Shown piece after piece: positions 14,652 through 30,859 of a stretch of 64,000 nucleotides of DNA (position 1 is the first letter of the stretch; the number at the start of each line of letters is the position of its first letter). The DNA comes from Octopus vulgaris. Lineage: Eukaryota. Location: contig OX597832.1 in the NCBI GenBank assembly GCA_951406725.2, positions 9,982,001 to 10,046,000 of the forward strand, in the 5' to 3' direction. The position numbers and the translations under genes are program-made. The notes under the pieces are model-generated. The model made no database searches. It was not told the DNA's origin and saw nothing but the letters and a program-made list of their open reading frames with translations.

Positions 14652-14660
<9 letters not shown>
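14367..14660 (+). mobile_element. Short non-coding element in (TA)n with a 45-bp internal inverted repeat and a hammerhead motif (Penelope pLTR-like)
   Basis: 14451-14495 is the perfect reverse complement of 14616-14660; flanked on both sides by (TA)n; related sequence at 27255-27495 and 61691-61731. Confidence 0.75.
14522..14564 (+). ncRNA. Minimal type I hammerhead ribozyme motif (weak stem I)
   Basis: CUGAAGA (14526) - UUGUC/GACAA stem II - GAAA - near-palindromic stem III AUAAUUGU - GUA triplet; stem I CCAA/GUGG with a mismatch next to the core. Confidence 0.65.
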
Positions 14661-14691
<31 letters not shown>

Positions 14692-14716
14692 TATATACAT
14701 ATATATATATGTATAC

Positions 14717-14747
<31 letters not shown>

Positions 14748-14751
14748 CACA

Positions 14752-14783
<32 letters not shown>

Positions 14784-15329
14784 AATACATACATATACAC
14801 ATATATATATATATGTGTGTGTGTATGTGTGTATGTACGTATGTTTGTATATACCCCGACATTATACAAAAATATACCATCGAAGGAAATAATTGGGTTG
14901 AATGATACCTTTCTATTTGTTCTTTGCCTCATCTAACTACATCGATTTATTTGTAATCATAGATGCGGTGCTCTATCAAATTGTCTACGATAGAAGATAC
15001 GAAAGTGTAAATGATAATTAGCCAACACTTATATCCGATCAGAGAAAATATGACAAATAGAAAATATGAAAAATAATATTAGTGATGATAATAATAGTGA
15101 TGAAAAGAAACGGTTGAGATCTCCCTGTGTCCTGATCGATGATATATAACTGGTAAATGCGCAACATGATAACCGCTAACTCATATGAGTAACAATGAAA
15201 ATACAAAATATTGTGAATAACGGTGGTAATGAAACTGAAGCCCCTGATATAGACACACTGTTGCATGCACCCGGCAGGCTCAGATATGCTGGTCCGCCCT
15301 CCAGCCTGTCGTTATCCAGCAATGAACCG

Positions 15330-15762
15330 CCACAAAAGGTGTAGATGGACAAACAAAGCAATGCTGTGGTCATGGAATCTTACAACCTGATCAACACCGT
15401 AGACGAAAATGGTGGTCATATTAGAGTAAACCGAAAACGTATGTATGATCAGTGGAGAGAAAGAGAAAAGAAATAGTGACATATTGGTCGATGAGAGACA
15501 TATAGATGGTCTGGAAGAAGACGATAAAAATAACGGGGACATGGCAGGTGGGCAAAAGGCAATCTACGACAGAATGTAGGCAAGGCAACAAGAAAACGAT
15601 AGCGATATTACATGCAACCTTGAAAAGGTTCATCGGTGGAATTTGAACCAAGAAACGAAAAATGTGAATGAAGCTCTGAAATATATCAGATCAAAAGCAT
15701 CACAGGAACATATAATTTGAGCAAGTCAGCAAGTATTGTAGTAGAAAACGTGAATAAAATGA
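15330..15762 (+). mobile_element. R4/Dong-type ORF N-terminal fragment
   Basis: WT..SNAVVMESYNLINTVDENGGHIRVNRKRMYDQWRER and ETKNVNEALKYIR..ITGTYNLSKSASIVV resemble the N-terminal region of Dong/R4 ORFs. Confidence 0.6.
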
Positions 15763-16634
15763 TCAAATATAATTGGAGTGAGAAAAGGAAAGATCAGATA
15801 GTGTAATTCATTATGCGGCTGTCCATTTCAACAGTGCAGGGAATTAGTGTCACCAATGCCTTGCACAGGTCGGTGTAACCCCCTGCACCAAATTACACAG
15901 GGTGACCATGGCATCCCAAATCCTTGGCCGGCAATCAAGTTAGAGTTGATGTATTTACATGAAACCGTTACAGAATGTAGTGGCAGAGGAAAAACTCTAA
16001 GCATTTTGCCCGGCGTGCTAACGATTCTTATATCTTTACTACCCACAAGGGGCTAAACACAGAGGGGACAAAAAAGGACAGACAAAGGGATTAAGTCGAT
16101 TATATCGTCCCCAGTGTGTAACTGGTACTTATTTAATCGACTCCGAAAGGATGAAAGGTAAAGTCGACCTCGGCGGAATTTGAACGCAGAACGTAGCGGC
16201 AGACGAAATAACGATAAGCATTTCGTCCGGTGTGCTAAGGATTCTGTCAGCTCACCGCCTTCTCAATAATAAGAATAATGATAATAATGACAAGAAGCCT
16301 TAGCGGCAGGACGTGTTTATCGCTGCTCTAACCAGCGAGCAGCCGAAGACAGAATCACTTATACAAGAGACATATAGATGGTCTGGAAGAAGACGATAAA
16401 AATAACGGGGACATGGCAGGTGGGCAAAAGGCAATCTACGACAGAATGTAGGCAAGGCAACAAGAAAACGATAGCGATATTACATGCAACCTTGAAAAGG
16501 TTCATCGGTGGAATTTGAACCAAGAAACGAAAAATGTGAATGAAGCTCTGAAATATATCAGATCAAAAGCATCACAGGAACATATAATTTGAGCAAGTCA
16601 GCAAGTATTGTAGTAGAAAACGTGAATAAAATGA
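15494..16634 (+). repeat. Identical 269-bp direct repeat (15494-15762 and 16366-16634)
   Basis: agagacatatagatgg...cgtgaataaaatga is present twice, offset 872 bp, with no mismatch seen. Confidence 0.95.
15997..16259 (-). mobile_element. SINE family B (tRNA-like head plus Nin/Deu-like domain), with an adjacent partial tandem unit
   Basis: Minus strand: ggcggtgagctgacagaatcc...gttcaaattccgccgaggtcgacttt.cctttcatcctttcggagtcgattaaataagtaccag...gccccttgtgggtagtaaag; extra head fragment at 15997-16028. Confidence 0.88.
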
Positions 16635-16679
16635 AGAACGACGGAAAATAACTCTCAAAAGAATATGGTTAATATTAAG

Positions 16680-17080
16680 ACCTTGAACTGTTAACAAAAA
16701 CAAAAAAGCGTAGAAAAACCCAGCTCACTGGGTGTTAACAACTGTGTAGAAGGCGAATATGACAAAACAATTGCGCAAACGAAATAGGGGACAAGAGAGG
16801 ACTGGAGGAAAATTCATAAGATCCGATTTTTCCGTCGTTATTTTCGGTAGAATATATATTCATTGATTATTTTGAAGGAATCCTACGTTTTTGTCTATGG
16901 AGGAACCGATTCTGAAAAAAAAATTTCAGAAATCGCTTTTTCAAAATTTCATTTACCATACCCCCTAACCATCTTCATTTTCCACTTTTTTTCGGAAATT
17001 ATTTGTTTGCGAAATACGTAGAAAAATACGAAGATTACGATATTTTGAAAATAATTTGTTCGTAAAATTTCATTTCCAAA

Positions 17081-17114
<34 letters not shown>

Positions 17115-18900
17115 ACTTCCTAGGAAAAGAGTACGTGGTGTTCGATCATATAATAATATAAAAATATATATAAATATAGATATAAACCTACATATCAGTA
17201 CATACCTACTTATATATATATATACATGCATATATGGGTATAGGACATAAAAAAATCGTTGAACAGAATGAGAAACGAAAACATAAAAACAAAAACATAG
17301 AAAACGAACAGAGCAGTGAGAACAAGACAGTAAAAACAAACGGTAAGGGATGTTAGTAGGGAGATAAATTGACAGAGAAGAGATAGTAGAGATAGAATAG
17401 TGCGTATATTTCGTTTTCTATGTTTTCGTTTCGCATTGTGTTCAACGTCTTTTTTTTTTCTGATGTCCTGCACCCATATATGCATGCATACATACATATG
17501 TATGCCGGTATTTACATATATGTATGTATATATACATATATTTATATATTATTTATATCAATATATGATCTAACGCCACGAATCCTTTTCCAAGTAAGTT
17601 TTATCTTAATAATTACAATGCGCACTCTTCTACCTTTACTATCTCTTCTCTGTCTATCCCTCTCCCTGTCTTGTTGTTCCCCATTTCTGATTTTTTTATT
17701 TTCCACCCTTCCCTATTCTTCCCCTCTCCTCTTCTCCGTTTCCTTTCTCACACTCTTCCTCCTTGACTCTCTCGTCGCTCACACGTGACGAAAAGGAATA
17801 TATCTTTCTGCCCATATACTTCCTAAACATAACACGTGCTTTACCTGTTTCTTCTCATAAACTCGTCTTCAAAGCATTCACAATAATATTTCTATCGTGT
17901 TGGCTTAAGCCAGATCTCAAAACTGCGATAATATAATGTAATCAATCCGCTCACCTTTCTGCAAAGAGTAATTTCCCGTAGTAATATGACAAAGTTATTC
18001 ATATGAAATTAAAGTGTTTTTTAAAACTTCTTTTAAAACTGTTTTCGATTTTGTTTTCATATTCGTTTTCCACACATTTTAAAAAATAATTTTAAAAGTT
18101 TTTTTTCTTTCTTTGTTTTAGTGATCAGCGCTGCCGTTATCCTTTTATTGTTTCACTATAACTCATGCAGAAACAGACAAAACACCCGTTCGTTTTCACT
18201 TTTAGACAGCTCGATGTCTTGGAAAGGAGGTGGTTAATTTAGGTTCGAGATTTTCATAAAGAATTTCAAATAAAAATTTGAATTTAGGTTTATTTTTTCC
18301 ATATTTTTAATCTCCGTACTTTCCCACGTAGATTGATTGAAAAAATCCGAAAATTGTTTAAAAAGTTAAAAAAACAACCCACTTGAATTTCACACCAATT
18401 ACTTTTACTGCGGGTATTTACTATGTTATCGCAATTTTAGGAGATTTCGCTGTTATGTCTAGCATGTGGCTAGCCTGCATGAAGGCCTGAGTGTATATAT
18501 TTTTTGTTTTGTTGAAAAATTGAAATTTTAAAAACAATTTTTTTTTCTGAATCGTATTCTTCGTATGCTGTTACGTTTAAAATGAGGGAGGAATGGGAGA
18601 TGAATTTAAATTTTGAAAATGCGACTTTTGAAATTTTTCTTTTTTTAGAATGGGTTCATCCATAATCAAAAACGAAGGATTCCGTTAAAAAGAAATCAAT
18701 ATATATCCATTTTACGGGAACTCATGAAGGAAAAATCGAATCTTGTGAATTTTCTGAAAGTCCTGTCCCCACGCTCCCAGGGTCGTTAGCGCAATTTTTT
18801 TTTTTTCATATTCGCTTTCTAGATACTCGTTAACACCAAGCAGGCTGGTTTATTATGGACAGCTATTCAGAGAAAGTTGTAAGTATTAAAGTTTCAAGTT
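16680..18900. mobile_element. Old foldback/TIR-type element with long diverged inverted arms
   Basis: About 16715-16960 (tgttaacaac...gcgaatatga...aaaattcataagatccgatttttcc) is inversely homologous to about 18610-18850 (ggaaaaatcgaatcttgtgaatttt...tcatattcgc...gttaacacc). No transposase seen. Confidence 0.65.
17122..17592. repeat. Nested diverged inverted repeat (arms of about 185 bp)
   Basis: ggaaaagagtacgtggtgtt...atgcatatatgggtataggaca...gttgaacagaatgagaaacgaaaacata versus tatgttttcgtttcgcattgtgttcaac...tgtcctgcacccatatatgcat...aacgccacgaatccttttcc. Confidence 0.8.
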
Positions 18901-19039
18901 TTTTTTTTAATATGGTCGTTTGTGTGTTAGGCCGGAAAATATTGTAGATATGCAAGATTGTCAACTTGTTTTGAAGGTAATACAAAATATTGACAAGAAT
19001 TGTAGATATTGTTAATGTAAAGACCTTCACCCAAGAAAA

Positions 19040-21545
<2,506 letters not shown>

Positions 21546-22261
21546 GAGATTTCGTAAAAAAAAAGCAATATACATACTCTGGCCGAACATACAAACTACC
21601 ATCATTAGAAAAACAGAAAAAAAAAACAATTTAAGAACTATAATTCTTTGTAAAAATGTTGCTCTTCTTTTTTCCATGAATACTCGAATATGTAGACGTA
21701 CCTTTTATTGCAATAACGCTATTAAACGCATGATAAACTATACTCTTTATTCCGACAACACTAAAAAACGCACAAAAATATTTCCTCCAAATTTAGTTGA
21801 AAACCTGCATAACCACAATTTTCTTTGGCCGAACACACAAACGATAACCTTTAAAAACTTTGAAACTTTAGGGGATAAATACTACCAATATAAGGAAACT
21901 AAATCACGCAAAACCTATAAAAAGGCATAAAAAATGAACGATGTAAATATCAATTTATATACAAGTACCTATGTATTTATGTAGGCTGGTGTGTGTTTGT
22001 ATATGTATATGTGTCTGTGTGTGTGTGTGTGTTTGTATGTATATATGTAAAAGTGTGTGTGTATGTATATATATTATTATTGTTATTTTTCTATACTTAA
22101 TTAAAACAGAACAGTTGAGTTGACTCTTCTCAGTCCAAGGTCAGCCCTCTCATTGGGCGCCTGTAGTAGTAAGTACGTTTGATCTCTGCTGCCTGCAAAG
22201 GTGTGACGCTTCTCTTGCTTCCTTATCGTACTACTACCGGTGCTACTTTTGCTGCTACGGT

Positions 22262-22341
<80 letters not shown>

Positions 22342-22799
22342 AAATAATAATAACAATAACAACAATGATGATTATGATTTGCCTAGAGACAAACGCACTC
22401 TTGCGACATTATTTCCATCCTCCTGACAGAACATATACATTCCCTTAACACTCCCACCGTTGCCGCCGCCAACGCCATCGCTATCCTACTAGACGTAGCC
22501 TGGAGACTGCATGCTGGTTCTGTCTTTTGTGTCCTTGTCTCTGTTTCTCTTTGTCTCCCAATTCAATATCTGCCTCTTCCTACGATGCTACGTGAATTAT
22601 GTCGGACTGCCATTTGAGACCAAGCTACAGGAGGACCTGAACTAATTGAAAACTTCGCAAAATAAAATTCGTCACCCTCCAGGAAGTGATGATACGTAGG
22701 ACCTCTGAACCCTACCAAAGGAATCATCAGACAACTAGTTAACCCGGCGCGCTTATGGGCCATCAGTTGATACTAAAAACATTATAAATATTCACGTCA

Positions 22800-24512
22800 G
22801 CAATGAACTGTTAGATGGTATGGTAGAACATTATTTCATACAACTACATCAACATTTCCGCTAATAAGAACAGACAAGTAATCAAAGAAGATGATCAAGC
22901 ACTTGGAAAGCTGATACGAAAACTCCTTGAGAATAGAGAAAGTGCTCTCGGAGTGATTGATCAATTCTTTTACTCAGCCGTTTATGTTGCTTCCCAGATA
23001 CGCGGTATCAAAATTAGAGATAGACAAAAAAGTGCAACGTTCACAAACAGCTTGCACGGGTGGGTAAGAATAAACTGGCAAATAATCTCAGAGCAGATAT
23101 ATATTTTCTACTTGAAGCAAGCAAAGGGGAAACTAATAAACCGAACAAACAAATATAAACAATTGCTAAACATGACCTTTACAAGAAAACAACGGTTACA
23201 CAGTTTCAAATCATCAAACAAAACATACAATTGAAACCAGATGACATTCAAGTTACAAAAAACGCCCAGCATTCTATAGACAAATCATACGATTCAAGGA
23301 GAACACAAAAATTCTGCTGGGAACTGGGGAAAATGCTATTATTGTGAAAAAACCTCCCCCCAGCAGCAAATTGGAGACCTTTGAAAGACATTTGGAGTAA
23401 TCCAAAGGAGTTTACTTAGAATGCACATTGGGTCAAGCACATGCTCACCTCAAATATCAAGAATGGCAGAATATAACACCTGAAGCTGTGCAAGCGGAGT
23501 TCGCCAAGTCAAAGAAATGGAAATCCCCAGGTCTAGATAAGATTCCAAATTTTTGGCTAAACTCGTTAATGAGCACTCACCACAACTTAGCCGTAGCATT
23601 CAATGAAGTCATGTCCAACCCTACGGAAATCCAAAATGGCTCACATAAGGGATTACACATCTCTTACGAAAGACAGGATAAAGTGCTAACCCCGAAAAAT
23701 ACCGATCCATAAAATGCCTCACCATCTTATATAAACTATTAACATCTATATTACCGAATAGAGCTTATGAATTCTTGGACAATATGAAGTTATTCCCTGT
23801 GGAACAAAAGGTGTGTGAAAGGAATTCATCTGAATATACGGACCCATTACTGATTGATAAAATGTTTTTTGATAATTGCAAATAAAAACGCAGAATCCTT
23901 AGCACAACTTGAAAATATTGCAAAAAGGCTTTTGAAAGAGCATTGATCCTTAAGGCCCAGGAAATTCACACGCTAGCTCCAACAATTGTGAAAATATTAA
24001 AAGTAATCATGAATTCGTGGAGAACCACCGTCATTTGAATCCACAGACAAGGATATACCACCTCACTAAACAGCAATGTCGCCTGTGGTACCTTTCAAAG
24101 TAACTTATTAACACCATTATTATTCTGTTTAGCCCTGTTCCCATAATCCACGCAAGTGAATAATGCTAAGAGAGGGTATACGATCCTTGATAAGAAAACT
24201 AACCGTCTACTCTATATGGATGACCTAAAACGGTTTGCCAAACACGAAAAAGAATTACAAGAGCTCCTGAATATTATCAAAGAATTCAGCTCTGATACAG
24301 ATGTGGATTTCGGACTTGATAAATGTGAGAAGGCTAATTTCAAGGCAGGGAATTTCATAAAGGCATCCGCAGCTACTACTGCAGCTATTCCAATCCGAAG
24401 TATACAAATATCTGGGAACCAATGAAGGTGATGGTATCCAGCACTCTAAAATGAAAAGGAATATACGCAAGGAATGCTACTGAATGGTAAGAATGGTTCT
24501 AAACTAAGAATT
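22800..24512 (+). mobile_element. Degenerate R4/Dong RT region
   Basis: KKWKSPGLDKIPNFWL, PKN..CLTILYKLLTSI, FPVEQK, DPLLIDKM, GTFQSNLLTPLLFCLAL, LLYMDDLK, FGLDKCEKA, YKYLG..GIQHSKMK. The 5' boundary is uncertain. Confidence 0.9.
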
Positions 24513-24756
24513 AATAATAAGAAGAAGATGAAGAAGATGGTGATGATGATGATGATGATGAGAATGAAAAAGAAGAAGAAGGAGAACGAGATGAAGGAAG
24601 AGGAGGAGGAGAAGAATAAGGAAAGGGAGGCGGAAAAGAAGAAGAAGGAGAAGAAGAAAAGAAGAAGAAGGAGAAGAAGAAGACGAAGAAGAAGAAGAAG
24701 AAGAAGAAGAAGAAGAAGAAGAAGAAGAAGAAGAAGAAGAAGAAGAAGAAGAAGAA
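24510..24756. repeat. Purine-rich compound array (AAG/GAT/GAG)n
   Basis: Directly visible. Confidence 0.9.
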
Positions 24757-26005
24757 GGCCTCAAGAGGAATATAAAGGAAATTGGAATCGAGAGCCCAGT
24801 AGAATTGTTACAAAAGGTTTGCCTGCTTTACACGTTCAGAATAACCTGGAAAGTATTAGATGAAAAGAACGAATAGTATAGTACCGTAGGTTGCAGATAC
24901 GAAGCGCATATGCATGCATGACTCTATGAGCTCCAACAAAACCTGCGATAAAGAGAATATAATAATAGCAATAATACCTACAGAGACATTAGGATCATAA
25001 TAATCGGGAGCAGCAATAATATCGATATAGAAAATTCCAGAATCATTGTTTCCTTCCCTTTCTATTACCTCCTACCTTCCTCTTTTCCCCTGCTCCCCCT
25101 ACGACCAGTCCTACTGCTATTAGAAATTTTGTTAACAGTAATGAATATTAAGAATATTAAACACAAGCAACGAAATCTGTGGTTGTAGGTTGGATTGAAC
25201 GTCCAAAAATTTGGAAGCGTCTTTCATTGATCCGTGTGTTTGAAGTAAACCCATTATATTATAAGATAAAAGGGGAAATATATGCCACACAGAGGTACGT
25301 CAACCGTTGGATGTATACGTGATAGATAAACGCTCATTATTTTCCATAAATAAGGTAACGTTTATTTGCTCTCATTCGTTCATAAATAAAGATTATTCCA
25401 CACGAGTAATCGACTGACATCGACCATAAGTTTTTTTTTTAAATATTAATAATTGGAAATATCAAAGAATATTTCCATGTACTCTATAATTCTATTTTCG
25501 GTTTCTGCTCGCAATCTCAACAGTTGTGTAGATGCAATGAATTCATTAATTTTCCAGGGATCACTTAACCGTAACTTCATATATTCCGAAATATCACATG
25601 AACACGTTCATTGTCCTAAACATTATACTTATAAATATGCCAGCTACTATGGAAAGTACGTTACAGTAGATTTTATTCTAAGCTATCTGATTTCAGAAAA
25701 ATTTCAGATGTTCATCGTGCATACACTATACGTTTTACATAAAATTCTTGAAAACACGAACTGAGTACTGGACAGTGGAGAGTCATAATAAATGCATGCA
25801 TAAACCACCGATTATTAACTCTCCCACAATAGAGTATTCAAAATTGGAATACTTTCCCTAGTGAAAATTTGCGTAATATTCGTGATTTTATAAGTCAGGC
25901 TAGAGATTCATCAGAATTGCATCACAATGTCACAAAATAGTAGAGAAACAATATGATCTGGCCGTTAAAGATATTCTAAAAATGATCACATATATATATA
26001 TATAT

Positions 26006-26043
<38 letters not shown>

Positions 26044-26055
26044 ATATACATACAA

Positions 26056-26140
<85 letters not shown>

Positions 26141-26467
26141 TATACATATGTAAACGTAAATATATGCAATACATGCATGCACGCACATAAACCGTAAAAC
26201 ATTCCTATTCGCTGCAAAACTTGAATATACATATGAATTTATATGTATATTCAAGTTTTGGGGTGAATGTAAATGTTTTACGCTTTATAATTTTGCGTAC
26301 GTGTTTTTATCTGTATATACGTCTATCCGCGTATGTATGTGCATGTGCGTATAAAGATATGTATATGAACATATTGAGGCGTGCATGGGCATATATACAT
26401 GTTTATGCGCGTAGATGCATGTATTGTATATATGTATGTTTACATATGCAGAAATATATATATATAG

Positions 26468-26504
<37 letters not shown>

Positions 26505-26546
26505 CGTGTGTGTTTGCATTCGTACACGCGTTCGAGAGTAATATAT

Positions 26547-26959
26547 ACTCCCTTACTCTTTTTACTCTTTTACTTGTTTCAGTCATTTGACTGCGGCCAT
26601 GGTGGAGCACCGCCTTTAATCGAGCAACTCGAGCCCGGAACTTATTCTTTTGTAAGCCCAGTACTTATTCTATCGATCTCTTTGCCGAACCGTTAAGTAA
26701 CGGGGACATAAACACACCAGCATCGGTTGTCAAGCAATGCTAGGGGAGAAACACAGACACACACACACACATACATATATATATACATATATAAACGACG
26801 GGCTTCTTTCAGTTTCCGTCTACCAAATCCACTCACAAGGCTTTGGGCGGCCCGTGTCTATAGTAGAAAACACTTGCCCAAGGTGCCACGCAGTGGGACT
26901 GAACCCGGAACCGTGTGGCTCTGTAAACAATCTACTTACCACACTGCCACTCCTGCACC
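26547..26959 (-). mobile_element. SINE family A, full length
   Basis: Reverse complement of the 41479-41900 copy, with internal (TA)/(CA) tract and gtaaaaga-type tail repeats. Confidence 0.95.
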
Positions 26960-27254
26960 TATATATATATATATACATATATATATAAAGTTTTCAGCTA
27001 ACGCATTCACCACTTATCGAAATTAGAGATAGGAGATACAAATTCCGTTCCTGCTAATGTAAGAATCTCCATAAAGGTGAACATACATTTTTACACGGGC
27101 AAAGAGAAAAACAGTGCATCAACACGACCAGGATTAATTATATACGCATAATTTGAAATTTACTTACTTCTCTATTCAGTATAATATTTCAAATCTTTAT
27201 AAAATTTGAATGTGCTGTAGTGTAATTGTAATTTAAGATATATATATATATATA

Positions 27255-27489
27255 TATTATATTATATTAAATTAGAGATAAAACCACTATTAGGCAAATC
27301 AAACAGTGAAAAACACAAGCCAATACATAAAATTAATTTTATGCATTGGCTTATGTTTTCACTATTTGATTTGCCTAATAGTGGTTTTATCTCTAATTTA
27401 ATATAATATAATATAATATATTTATACTATAAAATTGGATTTAATCCTAAATCTAATTTTCCAAATAAGTTTGGATTTATTCCCTAATA

Positions 27490-27495
<6 letters not shown>
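27255..27495 (+). mobile_element. Near-perfect palindrome of about 160 bp plus tail; same family as 14367-14660; in (TA)n
   Basis: Arms attagagataaaaccactattaggcaaatcaaa...catAAAATT|AATTTTatg...tttgatttgcctaatagtggttttatctctaat, centre at 27334/27335; tail aaaattggatttaatcctaaatc...ggatttattccctaata. Confidence 0.85.
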
Positions 27496-27553
<58 letters not shown>

Positions 27554-27733
27554 CATTTACCACTGCTTGGTAAAATTATTAATTACTAATTAATTAATTA
27601 ATTTTACCCTTATTATTATCATATATATATTATATATATATAGTAGAAGAAATAGCTAAATTATTTGCCTGCTATTTCGAAAAGTTCGGTATGTGGCAAA
27701 GCAATTTTTTTGCTGAACACTAGTTATATGAAG

Positions 27734-27788
<55 letters not shown>

Positions 27789-27929
27789 CACATGTGTGTG
27801 TGCGAACGCGTATGTATATGTGTATATATGTGCATATGCAGATTATATGAACGACGTTTTACCTTCGCGACCCCTAATGGAATAATTTCTCTTTAGTCAA
27901 CCCTTTTTTCATACCGTTTTTGTTTGTTT

Positions 27930-27992
27930 TAATAACTGATGAGTTGCCGGAGCAGAATTCATCTCCGGCACGCGAAACTCTGAGTTTTATTA
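27930..27992 (+). ncRNA. Type I hammerhead ribozyme with intact core
   Basis: Stem I UAAUAA/UUAUUA; CUGAUGA at 27936-27942; stem II with UGCCGGAG/CUCCGGCA; GAAA at 27974-27977; stem III ACUC-U-GAGU; GUU triplet at 27984-27986. Confidence 0.85.
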
Positions 27993-28080
27993 TGACAACC
28001 AACTAATTGTGACATTTTATATTTATAGATAAATTCCTCTATTTACATAATATTTACATTCTTTTGTTGTCATATTATTA

Positions 28081-28138
<58 letters not shown>

Positions 28139-28366
28139 CCCGCCAAATTTGGTTCTGGTGATCGCTGAATTTTCCCTCAAGAGAACTTTCTTTGTAGTTT
28201 GATCGTTGGTGATCTATTTCTAGCAAACGGCCGACTACCTAGCAGTCTTGCCCTGCCAATATACACATATATTAGAATTTTCTCTGATTTCTCAGATTTT
28301 TTGTATGCTAGACTACTGGTTTTAAATTGATATTAAAATTAATATTAATTTATCTCCCTCATTATT

Positions 28367-28410
<44 letters not shown>

Positions 28411-28661
28411 TGTATGTATTGTAAATATATGATATTTAGAAAAACGTAAGCATGCTCTAAAACATAGAGTAGTAATGTATTTATACATGTACTATAGTCT
28501 ATGTTCGATCATATAATGGCCAATGGCATCGCATTCACAAAGAGCTTAACCCCATAGACGTGTCTTCAGTTTCTAAAGCCGAAAATATTTGTCTTCGGAT
28601 TTAGATGCAAGGCAATAATCATTCTATGAACGGACATAGATTCCACTACACATACCCCTCC

Positions 28662-28704
<43 letters not shown>

Positions 28705-29567
28705 CATATATATATATGCACCTACACGTTTTCATACACACAACTGCTTGAACGTGCATTTGAGCATTATTGAAGTTAATGTAGTAACTTCATTACTACA
28801 ATCTAATTAATCTTTTCTAATCCCTTACCACCCTCTCCCTCTCAATATGAAACCCCATCAAAGCGATCGCTTCAATTCTAGACCTGAATCATTCACAAGC
28901 AACATTCAAATCTCAGGCAACCACCAACTCTATTACGATCATTAGCTTTGTTACTATTCTCAGTATCACTTTTATCATTGCAAGCAAGGAAACGGCACAT
29001 CCATTCGTGCAATAAAGAAATTCACAAACGCAAAGAAACAAACAGGAAAGTATAATACACTTTGAAAATGACAGAAAAAAAAATTAGACAAAACTTTATA
29101 AATACAAACAAATATGCTTAAATACATATATATAGAAGTGTATAAAGTAAAGTAAATTTGCCAAAATTACAAAGTCTATTTAACAGAGAGAATCTATCCG
29201 ACGAAGTAATCATTACCGCTGTTCATTCGGTTTACTCATGTGCAATCATTTGATTTTCCTGCTCATTTCCCATTGTCCAAAGGAGTGAATTCATACAAGC
29301 TTTGTCTCGACTAACAAAGCATACCTACCGTTGTATTTCAGTGTCTGTTACACATGAATAACTGCACACAATGCTGCATCTACATGCAATCATCAACGAA
29401 GACAGCTGTAAAAGTTACTTGCATGTACGTTCACCGACTCTCTTTTCATTTTGATGCGCATGCGTGATTGTCACTCTCATACCACTTGTTATAGGCTGTG
29501 GCTTGATCTTTGCAATGTAGGAAATAAACACATGCCGTCACGTAAAATTCATCTATTTTAATTATAG

Positions 29568-29606
<39 letters not shown>

Positions 29607-29646
29607 GTACAAGGATTATATATATAATCACACACCAACTCTTTCA

Positions 29647-29706
<60 letters not shown>

Positions 29707-30762
29707 AAGGATTATATATATATGTATAGACACACACATATACATATACACATTCATGGCCGTATTTGTGTGTCGGCTGCTGTGTTAACTATTTTTGAGT
29801 ATGTATCATTACGTAACTGTATCAACGCAATCTTAGCTTACTAATTACAACGTGCTTAGAGATTTTTTCTTGTAAAAATCTTCGCATTTACATATATGTT
29901 ATACGTAGTTTTAATAATGTAGATTATTTACTGTTGCTACGTCACCTTTAATAAAATCCAGAAAAACATAAAATTCTTGCATTTTTCATAACAAATTTCT
30001 GTAGATGTTGTGCAGGATAATTACATATATCGATGATAAAATAGTTGCGTGTGCAGTATTGCATTTAATTTGTTTGTCTAAGTTTATCTATTTTTTATAA
30101 TTAAGTTGTTTTTTTTGTTGTTTCTTTAATTATTTCCTCTTCATTTCACAGTTTATAGATGAGGTTATGTTTTGTATATTTTAGCAAACTGTTTTAGAAA
30201 ATCTTTTCTTATTTTAAATGCTGCCAATCCATTCTTTACCCTTCCATTTTATGAATTATTTGGAGAGATACACAATTGTGATGCTTAGTTAGATTTAAAG
30301 AATAGAATAACAACATTATAACATTCAATCAGAAATCAAGGATCTAGGCAGGGGAAACAAGAAGAAAGATGCAGACATTTAATTACAGCAAGAAACCTCA
30401 TTAGCTTGAAATTACATTAACAGCAATTCAACAAAAGCGATTGAAAAGAAGAAACAATGTCGAATATATCATCAACAAGAAGTAAAAAAAAAACATATGG
30501 GATTAATCTATGTAGAGCAAATGTTTGCACGAAAATGCCTTAAAATGAATTTACACGCATGTATTATTATAAGCTGCATATATAAATATATATATATAAA
30601 TTGGAGAAAATCTGCTATTATGTAATTCAAACATTGATAGACATAAACCAAATCGTAAAGAAAAAAATAAATACATTATAAAACATATAACTCGATCACA
30701 AATAGTACAAAAAAATGAATACACAATACATAATAAGTAATACATGATAACAAAAAAGAATA

Positions 30763-30798
<36 letters not shown>

Positions 30799-30859
30799 GT
30801 ATATGTATTCTTTAAATTAACAGCCTTCTCTTCCCCGCGAAAGGAAAGCAGTTAGGCGT

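Noticed and set aside
29606-29721. Direct repeat agtacaaggattatatat flanking a (TA)n tract
   Set aside because: Most simply a local slippage duplication or assembly stutter; no element between the copies.
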